Positions 63,764-64,000 of a stretch of DNA of 64,000 nt are shown one piece after another; position 1 is the first letter of the stretch, and every line of letters starts with the position of its first letter. Under the pieces are notes generated by a model. It saw only the letters and a list, made by a program, of their open reading frames with translations. It had not been told where the DNA came from and did not search any database. The stretch comes from Stegostoma tigrinum (taxonomy: Eukaryota), in assembly GCF_030684315.1 (NCBI RefSeq), contig NC_081392.1, positions 7,981,113 to 8,045,112 of the forward strand, written 5' to 3'. The position numbers were made by a program, and so were the translations under genes.

Positions 63764-64000
63764 TGTTTTCAAATAAATCTGTTGGAGAATAACCTGGTAT
63801 TATGTGATTTCTGACTAAATATCAATAAAACAGACTCTCTCGTCATTATCACACTGATGTGTGGGAGCTTGCTGTGTGTAAATTGCTTTTGAAGGGTGCT
63901 ATATGAATACAAGTTCTTTTCAACCAACTAATTTCTTTTTAAAGGATATTTGAGATTTGCTGGTTCTTAATGTTACTTCTGTGTGGTGATTTGTAATAGG

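Larger units (their letters stand above)
57963..63817. mobile_element. Fold-back Penelope-like element: minus arm (57963-59299 + 61380-62340) and plus arm (62345-63817)
   Basis: RT motifs FYCLPKIHK, MDVS.PYTSIP, GTGMGTRFAPQYAN, YIDDIF; GIY-YIG NVVYHICC...WYIG; terminal pLTRs inverted; TSD-like aataccaataa (57952-57962) / aatatcaataa (63818-63828). Confidence 0.8.
56870..63920 (+). mobile_element. Deu-domain SINE split into three pieces (~56870-57060, ~57872-57962, ~63818-63920) by later insertions
   Basis: Head gtcagaaggttgtggtttcaaac; core aaagatcccattgcgctatttt...gtgtcctggctgatacttatccct; tail gtcattatcacactg...gtgggagcttgctgtg resumes at 63818. Confidence 0.7.

Overview
Vertebrate genomic DNA, almost certainly elasmobranch (shark/ray): it carries many HE1-type V-SINEs, Deu-domain SINEs, CR1/HER1, L2 and Rex1 LINE fragments and Penelope-like elements. 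Genes: (i) first coding exon of a GCK-I kinase, most like MAP4K1/HPK1, minus strand, continuing off the left edge; (ii) two tandem minus-strand SERTA-domain genes with single-exon CDS, arranged like SERTAD1/SERTAD3, with upstream CpG-island promoters; (iii) two intronless plus-strand thioredoxin-fold genes with non-canonical active sites (WCEFC, WCSNC), both lacking the buried Asp26, one head-to-head with the upstream SERTAD gene. Most notable: the downstream SERTAD gene has CCG where its paralogue has the ATG, and its best candidate first exon holds an in-frame ATG-TAG start-stop, suggesting non-AUG initiation; the atypical thioredoxin retrogene pair with shared promoter layout; minimal hammerhead-ribozyme motifs and TSD-flanked hairpin insertions from Penelope termini, including a ~5.9 kb fold-back element. 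Everything was read by eye; repeat boundaries are approximate and exon joins are predictions.
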